In this document: positions 33,772 through 44,028 of the stretch, one piece after another
How positions within the stretch are numbered: position 1 is the first letter of the stretch
Layout: each line of letters begins with the position of its first letter
Program-made: the position numbers and the translations under genes
From: an uncultured Chitinophagaceae bacterium
GTDB taxonomy: Bacteria; Bacteroidota; Bacteroidia; Chitinophagales; Chitinophagaceae
Assembly (NCBI GenBank): GCA_963705465.1
Contig: CAVPJN010000005.1
Coordinates: 1,691-65,690 of the forward strand
DNA length: 64,000 bases
Reading direction: 5' to 3'
The notes under the pieces: generated by a model
Seen by the model: only the letters and a program-made list of their open reading frames with translations
Database searches by the model: none
Told to the model about the DNA's origin: nothing

Positions 33772-33878
33772 ATATAAGAACAACGAATTATTTAAACTCA
33801 TTATAAAGACAGTCAATTTTCTCATAAGCAGTTAGTTTTGGTTGCGACCCCTGTTTCTACAGGGGTCAATTTTTTTTT
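33772..33878 (+). ncRNA. Candidate small RNA antisense to the translation starts of exported-protein mRNAs
   Basis: Promoter-like TAACTTTA at 33758-33765; plus-strand-only terminator gacccctg-tttcta-caggggtc + T9; internal CAATTTTCTCATAAGCAGTTAGTTTTGGTTG is complementary to several start regions. The start site is inferred. Confidence 0.5.
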
Positions 33879-34254
33879 ATATACCTACTCCAGCTAAATA
33901 AGAACCCAATAACACAGCCAATGGCATCAGCAACAATATCTCCTGTATCAAAAGAGCGGTTGACAATTAAATACTTTTGAACAAACTCCATGCTTACTCC
34001 ATAAGCAAACCATAAAAACATAAAGCCGATAAAACCTCTTTTTAGTTTCTCTGCATGTCGAATTGCATTTTAAGTAATGACCAGCACCATAAATAAACCA
34101 TTATGGCAAACATGCCGATATGAACCCATTTGTCAAACCATATTTTGCTAAGCCAGTCTTCTTTTGGAAAGGAAGATCCGGGGAGGGTAAGTAAAACGGT
34201 GGAAATAATTAGCCAGACTATGCCTGGAAGGAAAGAAGGTTTAAGTATTTTCAA
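33866..34254 (-). CDS. VanZ-family membrane protein (frameshift near 34030)
   Basis: DKWVHIGMFA, YGVSMEFVQ, NRSFDTGDIVADAIG. Confidence 0.85.
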
Positions 34255-34292
34255 AAGAAAGTTTTAGCAATATTAGAAAAGGGAATTCAATT

Positions 34293-34320
34293 AAAAAAGG
34301 GGCCTCTGAAAAGAAGCCCC
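34293..34320 (-). terminator. Intrinsic terminator downstream of the anti-sigma gene
   Basis: Minus strand: ggggcttct-tttc-agaggcccc-tttttt. Confidence 0.75.
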
Positions 34321-34419
34321 AATAATTAACCAACTATAGAATCAAAATTACTATAGTCATAGTTCGCCATTATAGTTACGGCAAAACATTATTTACAGAT
34401 TGAAAATAAAAAAGAAGTA

Positions 34420-35178
34420 TTAAAGGTCGCCAAATACATAAACTTCTCCGCCGGGCTTAGAGACATCTTCACGGCCTTTCTTTTCCAATGTGATGGCAAA
34501 TGCCTGTGCGGCTTGTGCTTTTTTAAGACGGTATAACTGAAGAGGTTTTTCTGATATTTCAATAAGACCCATATCAATTGGTTGACCATCTAGGAAGGCC
34601 CAAAGTTGATATTGCTTGTCAGATGCAGGTTTTGGCAGATTATTTATCATAAGGTAAACATCTTGTGAGGCAGTGTCCCAATATACAGTAGTATAAGACT
34701 CAGGAGAAATTGGCTGTCCTTTCAAAGAAGCCATCTTTACATATGGATTCTGTTGAAGAATCTGAAAATCTTTTTCAAGATCATTCAACTTTGCAACGCT
34801 GTTGTCATAATTATTATTAAGACGTTGGTTCTTATTTAATAGCGAAATATTAAAGTATAGACTTCCGGCTAATAGAACAATGCTGGCAGCAGCAGCGAAC
34901 TTAAACCAATTAATTTTTTTATCTGAACCTTCTGCAATTGAAACAACTTTAGCGGTCGATTTAATTTCGTCAAAAAGCTTACGCTTTACATCAGCAGATG
35001 GTGTAATGGCATTTTGAATCGCTTGTTTTTCCAATGCTAGTTCAAAAGCATTTCTTGCTGCTAAGATTTCGGGGTATTGATTGCACATGTTCTCAAACTC
35101 ATTTCTTTCTATTTCAGAAGCGAGTCCGAGCACATAGCTTTCAATTATTCCACTCGATATGTATTCCTGTGTGTTCAC
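34420..35178 (-). CDS. RskA-family anti-sigma factor
   Basis: YISSGIIESYVLGLAS N-terminus, one TM segment, KQYQLWA and AFAITLE. Confidence 0.9.
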   Translation of the reverse strand: MNTQEYISSGIIESYVLGLASEIERNEFENMCNQYPEILAARNAFELALEKQAIQNAITPSADVKRKLFDEIKSTAKVVSIAEGSDKKINWFKFAAAASIVLLAGSLYFNISLLNKNQRLNNNYDNSVAKLNDLEKDFQILQQNPYVKMASLKGQPISPESYTTVYWDTASQDVYLMINNLPKPASDKQYQLWAFLDGQPIDMGLIEISEKPLQLYRLKKAQAAQAFAITLEKKGREDVSKPGGEVYVFGDL

Positions 35179-35179
35179 T

Positions 35180-35722
35180 TTATGGTTGTATCATTGTTCT
35201 TAACTGTGATAATGCACTCCGGATCCTGGTTTTTACAGTTCCCAAAGGTATATTCAATATTTTCGAAATTTCTTCATGTGTAAAGCCCTGGAAGAAGGAC
35301 ATATCTACCAAAACGCTCCATTCACTTTTCAAATTTGATAGTACTTTTTTAAGCCCTACATCTTCAATTGCTGGACCTGTCGAAACACTTGAAACATCTA
35401 CGTTTTCGTTCAAAGACTGGTTTTTTTGTGATTGTCTGAAACCTTTAGATCTTATTTCATCAATAGAAGCATTTCTGGCAATATTCAACATCCAGGTAAA
35501 AAGTCTTCCTTTCGATGGATCGTATAATTCTATTTTCCGCCAGATGTTTACAAATACATTCTGTAGCACATCATTAGCAATATCCTTATCTGTTACAATG
35601 GAATTGATGATGCCATAAATGGCGCCGGAATAATTATCGTACAAATAACTGAAGGCTTTCTCGTTGCGTTCCTGCAATAAAGCCACCAGCTCTTGTTCGC
35701 TGTATGTGGTTTTGAGATTCAA
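35180..35722 (-). CDS. ECF RNA polymerase sigma factor (SigK-like)
   Basis: AFSYLYDNYS, DVLQNVFVNIW, TWMLNIARN, THEEIS...PLGTVKTRIR. Confidence 0.93.
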   Translation of the reverse strand: MNLKTTYSEQELVALLQERNEKAFSYLYDNYSGAIYGIINSIVTDKDIANDVLQNVFVNIWRKIELYDPSKGRLFTWMLNIARNASIDEIRSKGFRQSQKNQSLNENVDVSSVSTGPAIEDVGLKKVLSNLKSEWSVLVDMSFFQGFTHEEISKILNIPLGTVKTRIRSALSQLRTMIQP

Positions 35723-35798
35723 AATAGTTGGTTAAGATACAATTAGAAACAGATTAATTGCATCCTTGTTCATTTACGGGAGTAAATAAATTATAGAT

Positions 35799-36176
35799 TT
35801 AAGCAACTACAGCTTCATACCCGGCTGCATCCATTAGCGCTTCAACCTCTGCTGGATCATTTACTTTCATTTTTACCATCCAGCCTTTACCATATGGATC
35901 AGTATTAACTAATTCAGGAGTACCCGCCAATACAGGGTTTATTTCAGTAATTGCTCCACTAACCGGTAAAAAAAGATCTGAAACAGTTTTTACCGCTTCT
36001 ACTGTACCAAAAACATCACCTGCTTTCAACGACTTCCCAATTGTATCTACTTCTACATATACAATATCACCTAATTCGCCTTGTGCAAATTCTGTGATTC
36101 CGATTGTGGCAATGTCGCCTTCAAGACTTACCCATTCATGGTCTTTTGTGTAACGTAGATTAGCAGGAAAATTCAT
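35799..36176 (-). CDS. gcvH: Glycine cleavage system H protein
   Basis: YTKDHEW, GITEFAQGELGDIVYV, VEAVKTVSD lipoyl-Lys motif, VNTDPYGKGW. Confidence 0.97.
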   Translation of the reverse strand: MNFPANLRYTKDHEWVSLEGDIATIGITEFAQGELGDIVYVEVDTIGKSLKAGDVFGTVEAVKTVSDLFLPVSGAITEINPVLAGTPELVNTDPYGKGWMVKMKVNDPAEVEALMDAAGYEAVVA

Positions 36177-36268
36177 ATGTTTTCTATTTTGGCTGCAAAC
36201 CTAAGATAAATAGATGATAAAGAAAATCTCTATAAAGAGTTGTTTTACAAGCTATCAAAATGGGTTTT

Positions 36269-36361
36269 ACGTTTCACCGGAATTTTTATGCCGTTCAGGG
36301 TACAATTTGAACCATTGGTCGGTAAACGCTTTTACAATTGCATGACACAGGGATATATTTG
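36269..36361 (+). promoter_or_regulatory. Three 21-bp-spaced direct repeats (LytTR-type boxes) and a TATATTTG -7 element
   Basis: acgtttcacc (36269), gccgttcagg (36290), accattggtc (36311); TATATTTG at 36354-36361. Confidence 0.55.
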
Positions 36362-36388
36362 CAGTTCAAATCAAAAAGAGAATTGAAA

Positions 36389-38849
36389 ATGAGAAAGTTA
36401 GTTACAGTACTTATTGGTTTATTGTTAATGGCAGCCACAGTAGAAGCCCAACAAATTACTGGTGTTGTTAAGGATGAAAAAGGAAAAGGACTTGATAAAG
36501 CGAACGTTTCGCTACTTAGAGCGGCTGATTCAAGTATTGTTAAATTGGCCGCTACAACTGATAATGGGCGATATAGTTTTAGTGGGGTTCAGAAAGGTAG
36601 TTATTTAGTGAGCACATCTTTTGTTGGTTTTGTTGAGACATATTCTGCTGTTTTTGAATTTTCGGGATCGGGCATCACCGTTCCGGAATTAACGATTTCA
36701 AAGCCTACTGGTGATCTGGCAGGGAGTGGTGGTAACTTCTAAAAAACCTATAATAGAGGTAAAGGCTGATAAGATGATCCTGAACGTTGAGGGTACTATT
36801 AATGCTGTTGGAAATGATGCGCTGGAACTGCTTCGCAAAAGTCCGGGAGTAATGGTTGATAAAGATGATAATATCAGCCTTGCCGGTAAGAACGGCGTAC
36901 AGGTTTATATAGATGGAAAGCCTTCGCCTTTGTCTGGACCAGACCTGGCAAATTTTTTAAAAAGTACACAGTCTTCTCAGATAGAATCAATTGAGATCAT
37001 TACTAACCCCTCGGCTAAATATGAAGCTGCAGGTAATGCCGGTATCATTAATATCAGACTGAAAAAGAATAAATCTTTTGGTACGAATGGTTCTGCTAAT
37101 CTTGGTTATGTACAAGGTGTATATCCAAAATATAATGGGGGTTTAAATCTGAATCATCGTAATAAAAGTATCAATGTGTTTGGAACGTATAATTATAATA
37201 ATTCGCATAGTCTGATGAAGATGAATTCAACAAGAGATCAGTTTGATACCTTATTTGACCAGAAGAACAGGATGAATATTTTTGTTAAAAGTCATAGTTA
37301 TAAAGCAGGTGTTGATTATTTCATCAATAAAAAGAGCACATTAGGTGCAATGGTGAATGGTAATATCGCTGATATTGATGTTAACTCTTCAGGCCCTATG
37401 TACTTTACTTACATACCTACCGGCATGTTGAGTCGGATACTGGATGCTTCAAATGAAAATGAAAGAAGCATGAACAATTTCAATGCAAACCTGAATTACC
37501 GATATGCTGTTACGGGTGGTGCAGAATTAAATATAGATGCAGATTATGGGTCATTTAATATTAACTCCAATCAGTTTCAACCCAATTACTATTATCAACC
37601 AGATGGCACAACTGAAATTAGCCGGGCTGTTTATAATATGATAGCTCCATCGGATATTGACCTGGTTTCATTAAAAACAGATTATGAACAGAACTTTAAA
37701 GGAGGCAGATTAGGAATTGGAGGAAAGATTGGGCTTGTAAATACAGATAATGATTTTCAGCGGTATAATGTTTTCAGCAGCAATAAAATTCTTGATACGC
37801 TTAAGAGTAATCGTTTTGAATACAACGAGAATATTAATGCACTTTATGTAAACTATAATAAACAATTGAAAAAAGGAATCATGTTTCAATTGGGAGTAAG
37901 AGCTGAGAACACTAATATTAAAGGTACTTCTACAGGTTATGCTCAGGCGGGAAATGCGTTAATTCCGTTTGACTCAACTTTTAAAAGAAATTATATCGAT
38001 CTGTTCCCAAGCGCTGCTCTAACATTTAATAAAAACCCAATGAAACAATGGACGATTTCTTATAGTCGTCGTATTGATCGGCCGGCCTATCAGGATTTAA
38101 ATCCTTTTGAATTTAAACTTAATGAGTACACTTTTTTGAAAGGAAATACAAACCTTCGACCACAATACACCAACAGTATTGATATTACTAATATATATAA
38201 ATACAGGCTAACGACGAAACTTACGTTTAGCCATGTGAATGATATTTTTGCCCAGATACCTGATACGATTGACAAGACAAAAGGCTTTTTAACAAAGAAG
38301 AATTTAGCTACACAAAATGTTGTTGCATTAAGTATTAGTTATCCATTTCAATACAAGTGGTATAGTTTCTTTGCAGCATTGAATTCTAATTTTTCTCATT
38401 ATAAAGCAGATTTTGGTGGCAATGGTAGAATAGTTGATCAAAAAGTTTTTTCTGTTACTTATTATATGCAGAATAGCATTGATCTTGGAAAAGGATGGAA
38501 AGGAGAAGTAACCGGATTATTCATCTCCCCCTCTGTGTGGCAGGGATTTTTCAGAACCAGTTCCATGGGAAGTGTAGACCTGGGTTTACAAAAAGCTTTA
38601 TTTGACGGAAAGGCAAATGTAAAGTTTGCAGTTAGTGATATATTTCAAACAATGAAATGGAGTGGTACTTCTGATTTTGCTGGTGTAAAGAGTAATTTTA
38701 GTGGACAAGGAGAAATGCCGCAATTCAAAATAAACTTCAGTTATCGTTTTGGTAATAGCCAGGTAAAAGCTGCCAGACAACGTAAATCTGCTTTGGAGGA
38801 AGAAAAGAAAAGAGCTGAAGGTGGTGGACAAGGTGGTATCGGACAATAA
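36389..38849 (+). CDS. TonB-dependent-receptor-like outer-membrane beta-barrel protein with CarboxypepD_reg-like N-domain (frameshift near 36720)
   Basis: Signal peptide MRKLVTVLIG; LRKSPGV, IEIITNPSAKYEAAGNAGIINIRLKK, YSRRIDRPAYQDLNPF, GNTNLRPQY. Confidence 0.88.
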
Positions 38850-38856
38850 TTATTAT

Positions 38857-38889
38857 AAAAAGCCCTGCAATTTTTGCAGGGCTTTTTTT
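38857..38889. terminator. Bidirectional terminator between convergent genes
   Basis: aaaagccctgcaa-ttt-ttgcagggcttttttt. Confidence 0.8.
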
Positions 38890-38898
38890 GTTGTCAAG

Positions 38899-39633
38899 CT
38901 ATTTCATTTTCTTCTTTCTTTTGATCAGTTTTGTTTTTATGATCATTACATCAGCAATAGGCCGGTTCAAATCTCTTCCCCGGCTTACTTCTACTGCTGC
39001 AATTTTATCAATTACTTCTAATCCTTTTATTACCTCGCCATAAACAGTATAATTGTGGTCAAGGTGTGGGATGCCGCCGACAGTTTTATATACAGCTCTG
39101 TATAATTCCGGGATTTTCTTCCCTTGTAAGCGTTGTTGTTCCATCATATCGAGTTCTGCATCAGTATAAACTTTTCCCTGAGCAATATAAAACTGGCTAC
39201 CATTACTTGCCTTTTCAGCATTAACATTATCAGGCTGTCTGGCAGCAGCAATCACTCCTTTTTTATGAAATATGGTTTCTCTGAATTCTGCCGGAATGGT
39301 ATAGCCGGGCCCACCATTTCCCAATGGCATACCAGCAGGGGCGGCTTTACTATTTGGGTCACCGGCCTGGATCATAAAACCGTTCATCACCCTGTGAAAA
39401 AGCAAGCTGTCATAAAAATCCACTTTTACCAATTTCAAAAAATTATCTCTATGTAAGGGGGTAGAATCGTAAAGCCTGATCGTCATATCACCCATCGAAG
39501 TTTGCAGGAGAATATCCCGTTTCCGATCTTTCTTTTTTAAGGTAGAATCCTTGGCTGACGAAGAGGCTGTTTTTTGAGCAAAACAGCTGATTCCAAGGCA
39601 AAGAAATAAAACAAAGAATATTGTTTTTTTCAT
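38899..39633 (-). CDS. Cyclophilin-type peptidyl-prolyl isomerase, exported
   Basis: TPLHRDNF, FHRVMNGFMIQAGD, SNGSQFYI, PHLDHNYTVYGEV. Confidence 0.93.
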   Translation of the reverse strand: MKKTIFFVLFLCLGISCFAQKTASSSAKDSTLKKKDRKRDILLQTSMGDMTIRLYDSTPLHRDNFLKLVKVDFYDSLLFHRVMNGFMIQAGDPNSKAAPAGMPLGNGGPGYTIPAEFRETIFHKKGVIAAARQPDNVNAEKASNGSQFYIAQGKVYTDAELDMMEQQRLQGKKIPELYRAVYKTVGGIPHLDHNYTVYGEVIKGLEVIDKIAAVEVSRGRDLNRPIADVMIIKTKLIKRKKKMK

Positions 39634-39646
39634 CAGATGTAGTTTT

Positions 39647-39994
39647 TTATTGTAAATCGTTTTCAGCAAAATAAAGCAGGATATGATCTTTTAAAAAATT
39701 TTCCTGTTCAATTGCATCCATGTCCGGCATGGCTTTTAATTGTTTAAAATGAGGCCAGCCATCTTCATCCACACTTTCTAATTCATAATAGCCACTTGGT
39801 GACAATAAACTACAAACGGCTATATGCATCAGGTCCTGTTTCTGCTCCTTGGTGAATTTGTCTTTGATATCTCCAAACTCCTGCATGCCTATTAAAAACA
39901 AAACAGTTTCCACATCAGGCTTTTTTCCAAACCGTTCTACCAGTTTTGCTTCCAGATTCCACCACCGTTGTTGTAAATCATCATTCGCTATCAT
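39647..39994 (-). CDS. Conserved hypothetical protein of Bacteroidota
   Basis: LFLIGMQE...KEQKQDLMHIAVC...DEDGWPHF; TATCTTTG box directly upstream. Confidence 0.75.
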   Translation of the reverse strand: MIANDDLQQRWWNLEAKLVERFGKKPDVETVLFLIGMQEFGDIKDKFTKEQKQDLMHIAVCSLLSPSGYYELESVDEDGWPHFKQLKAMPDMDAIEQENFLKDHILLYFAENDLQ

Positions 39995-40084
39995 GCCGCA
40001 AAGATAAGTGCAGCAATCATTTCACTTTTACCTTTTAACTGAAAACAGTCTTCCGCCTTATCTTTGCGCAAACTTTTTTTAGAA

Positions 40085-41358
40085 ATGTTGCAGATTCAGG
40101 TATTAAAACAAAATACACAGGCAGTAAAAGAAAAATTAAGGGTAAAAAATTTTGCAGAGCTATCCTTAGTGGATACGATCATTGCATTGGATGATGAACG
40201 AAAGAAAACGCAATTGGAATTTGATAATAATCAGGCTATCGTAAACAGCACTTCAAAAGAAATTGGTGGATTGATGGCCAAAGGGCAAAAAGAAGAAGCG
40301 GAAGTTAAAAAGCAGGAAGTGGCTGTATTAAAATTATCACTGCAACCCATATCTGAAAAATTAGCAGCAGTTGAGAAACAATTGCATGACGAATTGATAA
40401 AACTTCCTAACCTTCCGGCAGATGTAGTGCCAAATGGAAAAACTCCTGAAGAGAATCAAGTAGTAAGAGAGGGTGGAACAAAACCTGTTTTGCATAAAGG
40501 AGCAGTACCGCATTGGGATCTGATTAAAAATATGACATAGTTGATTTTGAATCCGGCGCCAAAATTACCGGAAGTGGATTCGCCCTGTTCAAAGGGCAAG
40601 GAGCAAAGTTGCAAAGAGCATTGATACAATATTTTCTGGATTTTAATACTGCTGCCGGGTATACCGAATTTCATCCACCTTTTATGGTGAATGAAGCATC
40701 AGCTTATGGTACCGGCCAGTTGCCGGATAAGGAAGGACAGATGTATCACATCCAGGATGATAATTTTTTTATGATTCCTACTTCAGAAGTTCCGATTACT
40801 AATATTTACAGAGATGATATTGTAAAAGCAGAAGACCTTCCTATAAAAATGACAGCTTACTCTCCCTGTTTCAGAAGAGAGGCCGGAAGTTTTGGTAAAG
40901 ATGTTCGGGGATTGAACAGAGTACATCAGTTTGAAAAAGTTGAATTAGTGCAAATTGTTCATCCCGATAAAAGTTATGCCGTACTGGATGAAATGGTAAG
41001 CCATGTAGAAAAGCTCTTGCAATCATTGGAATTACCTTACCGTATCTTAAGACTATGTGGAGGGGATATGAGTTTTGCATCTGCGCTTACTTACGACTTT
41101 GAAGTATATAGTGCGGCACAGGAAAAATGGCTGGAAGTAAGTTCCGTTTCCAATTTTGAAACCTTTCAAAGTAACCGGATGAAAATCCGTTACAAGGATG
41201 AGAATGGGAAAACACAGTTAGTTCATACGTTGAATGGAAGTTCATTAGCATTGCCAAGAATTATTGCTTGCTTGTTGGAGAATAATCAAACAGCAGATGA
41301 AATTAAATTACCTCCCGTGATTCATTCCTATTTTGGAGCTGCGATCATCAGTTCATGA
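40085..41358 (+). CDS. serS: Seryl-tRNA synthetase (apparent frameshifts near 40535-40590)
   Basis: N-terminal coiled coil, GTGQLPD, IPTSEVP, CFRREAGS..KDVRGLNRVHQFEKVE, HTLNGSSLALPR. Confidence 0.96.
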
Positions 41359-41375
41359 GTTACGGAACTAAAATA

Positions 41376-41410
41376 AAAGTCCCGTCCCTTTTTAAATGGG
41401 ACGGGACTTT
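41376..41410. terminator. Bidirectional terminator
   Basis: aaaagtcccgtccc...gggacgggactttt. Confidence 0.8.
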
Positions 41411-41429
41411 TATATTTAAAAGAGAAGTA

Positions 41430-42399
41430 TTACTGTGCAAAACTATTTCTTGGTCCGCCAGTTGCAAATACAGCCAGCATTCTGGTCTCCTGACCTGCAC
41501 TAAACATATACATACAAGCATCATCTGTGTAATCCATATAATTCATGGTCATTTCTACAGGAGTGCCTGAACAAGTGCTTTTATGACCGGCAGCGGGGCA
41601 ACCATAGTTAGCCGTATTATGTGTTGGCGTATCCCCAACCAGATCACTGCCGCAAGTAGCATCACCCCAGATATGACGAAGGTTCATCCAATGGCCCACT
41701 TCATGCGTAGCCGTTCTTCCTTTATTGAAAGGAGCTGCAGCAGTACCTGTTCTGCCAGTAGCATTATTATCCAATACAACACCATCCGTGGCAGAAGAGC
41801 CGCCCGGGAATTGGGCATAACCTAATATGCCACCGCCCATATTACAAACCCAAATGTTCAGTTTTGTAGTCGGACTCGTTGGAGCAATTCCTTTCGCACT
41901 TTTTTTCATGGCATTGTTTGTAGCTCCAGCTTGTTGTAGTTGTACTTCTTCTCACAACCTGATCAAGAACAAAACGAACAGCAATATTACCTGCTTTCAC
42001 ACTATTGTATGTTGATGTAAGATTGTAATCAGCATTGGTTGCGGAGAAATCTTCATTCAGCACATCGATCTGCGATTGTAATTGTGCTTGTGAAATGTTT
42101 TCAGCTGTTGTTTTATACAGTACATTAAAAACTACTGGAATTTCAACAACACCATTTACAAGTCGGTATTGCAATGGATTTTCCTGCACCTGGCGGGTAA
42201 AATCTTCAATGGCATTCATTCTGGCTCCAAGGGTTGGGTCTTCTTTTAATTGTATCTGTAAAACATCATCAGCGGCACAATTACGATGTGTAGCCGTTAC
42301 TTCTTCATTTTGATTTAATTCATCTTCATGGTTTGTTGATTTGTTACAGCTAATGCCAAACAAAACAATCCCTGCAAGTAATACAAGAGATTTCTTCAT
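41430..42399 (-). CDS. M43 (pappalysin/ulilysin-like) zinc metalloprotease lipoprotein (frameshift near 41920)
   Basis: GIS-C lipobox, LGYAQFPG, HEVGHWMNLRHIWGD, MNYMDY Met-turn. Confidence 0.92.
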
Positions 42400-42520
42400 A
42401 AAAGTTGATTTAGTTTAGTGTGTAGAAAAATTGACTATGTAATATATTCTCTTTTTTGAATCCGAAGAGTAAACCTGAAGAATTTATTTTTGTCTTATTG
42501 GCCAATTCGTAAAAATACTG

Positions 42521-42856
42521 ATGAGAAAAAAAACAAGTTTTGTAATTACTACGTTGATCTTTTGCGTAGCAACTTTTGGTGTAGCCTGTACACATAAGTC
42601 GCTGCCTGAAATAACTTCCCGAAGGACTGAGTCGTTGAAAAAGGACAAATCAACAAGGGCAGTTATACCAGATATGAACATAGGCAAAATGGTTTTTATA
42701 AGCCGATGCGGAAAATGTCATGACTTACCCCTTCCTGAACAATTTACTGCCCAGCGTTGGGAGGGCATTCTTAGTTATATGATTCCAAAAGCCAGATTAA
42801 ATAATGAACAAGGAGTTCATGTTACAGCTTATCTAAAAGCAAATGCTCTTAAATAG
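42521..42856 (+). CDS. Small monoheme c-type cytochrome lipoprotein
   Basis: GVA-C lipobox, CGKCH heme motif, distal Met (W...LSYMIPKARL). Confidence 0.78.
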   Translation: MRKKTSFVITTLIFCVATFGVACTHKSLPEITSRRTESLKKDKSTRAVIPDMNIGKMVFISRCGKCHDLPLPEQFTAQRWEGILSYMIPKARLNNEQGVHVTAYLKANALK

Positions 42857-43907
42857 AAGGGTTAACTGCGTGTAGTTTCTTTATTCTCCGGTTCATAATG
42901 TAAAACCATACCGGTGGAAAAAGTGAAAGCAGAATCATTCCCGGATAACCGGTTGGCATTTGAGGTGAATTGTCATGATGTCGAAGAATTTGATACTTAC
43001 GACTAGCCATATAATGATGGTCGCTGTGGCGGCTTAGTTCAAATAACATTAACCGGCCAATGATATGATCGCTGTTCCAACTATGTTCCGGCATGGCTCT
43101 TTCGTACTTTCCTTCGCCAGTGGTTTTTCTTTGTAATCCATAGTGTTCAATATAGTTTACTGTTTCCAATAAAAGTATCCCAATAAAAGCTGCAGCAATA
43201 AAATATAAGGTTACCAACCAACTGGTTAAGAATAAGATCAATCCAATAAAGGCCAACTGAATAATAGTGAATTGTACCATTTCATTTTTAATTGAAAAAA
43301 TGGAGTTTCCTTTTTTTCTCATCTCCTCATTGGCAATATGCCAGGCACTGAGATAGCTGAATACTATGGTGCGGAAATAAAATAAATAAACAGGTTCCCC
43401 ATACCGGGCACTGCTCGGATCTTCAGGTGTAGCCACTCTTTTATGGTGACCTTTATTATGTTCAGTAAAAAAATGCATGTAAAGTGAGGTCAGTAATAAG
43501 GCTTTTGCCAAACCTTGCTCAAATTTATTTATCCGATGACCCAATTCATGACCCACATTAATTCCAAACACTCCACATAAAATTCCCATTGCCATGATCC
43601 TGCCTGCAATTTCAACTGGAGTCAAAGTATCGTGCAGCATACCATAAAGAAATCTTGCTACTGCCGCAAATTGTAAAACCACAACTAAGTATAGAATAAT
43701 ATCATATGTTTTATCAGCTTTGGCTACTTCTTCTTCTGCAGCATTCAGGTTTCGGGAATCTGCCCGGATAAAAAGTTCAAGAAGTGGAATGATAACAAAT
43801 CCATAAAGAACCGGCAACCATATTTCCCATCCAGTGATTGTAAAGGCCCGGAATGCACCCAGGTAAAGCAGAAAAGGAGAAATATATTTTAGTGCCCGGA
43901 ATCGCAT
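42849..43907 (-). CDS. alkB: Alkane 1-monooxygenase (AlkB-like membrane di-iron enzyme)
   Basis: His boxes HELGH, EHNKGHH, NYIEHYG and RHSDHH. Confidence 0.92.
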   Translation of the reverse strand: MRFRALKYISPFLLYLGAFRAFTITGWEIWLPVLYGFVIIPLLELFIRADSRNLNAAEEEVAKADKTYDIILYLVVVLQFAAVARFLYGMLHDTLTPVEIAGRIMAMGILCGVFGINVGHELGHRINKFEQGLAKALLLTSLYMHFFTEHNKGHHKRVATPEDPSSARYGEPVYLFYFRTIVFSYLSAWHIANEEMRKKGNSIFSIKNEMVQFTIIQLAFIGLILFLTSWLVTLYFIAAAFIGILLLETVNYIEHYGLQRKTTGEGKYERAMPEHSWNSDHIIGRLMLFELSRHSDHHYMASRKYQILRHHDNSPQMPTGYPGMILLSLFPPVWFYIMNRRIKKLHAVNPSI

Positions 43908-44028
43908 AATTTTAAATTTGTTTTTCAACAATAAAAATAACCTTTCTTTTTTTACGTTGTGACAAGATAATAAGCATCCATTTTAAACTTAATTTCTTCA
44001 TAATAGTCTGAAAACAAAACATTAATTA

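Noticed and set aside
33866-34254. Glycopeptide resistance determinant
   Set aside because: VanZ-like genes near gcvH are common chromosomal genes in Bacteroidota, and no other van genes are present.
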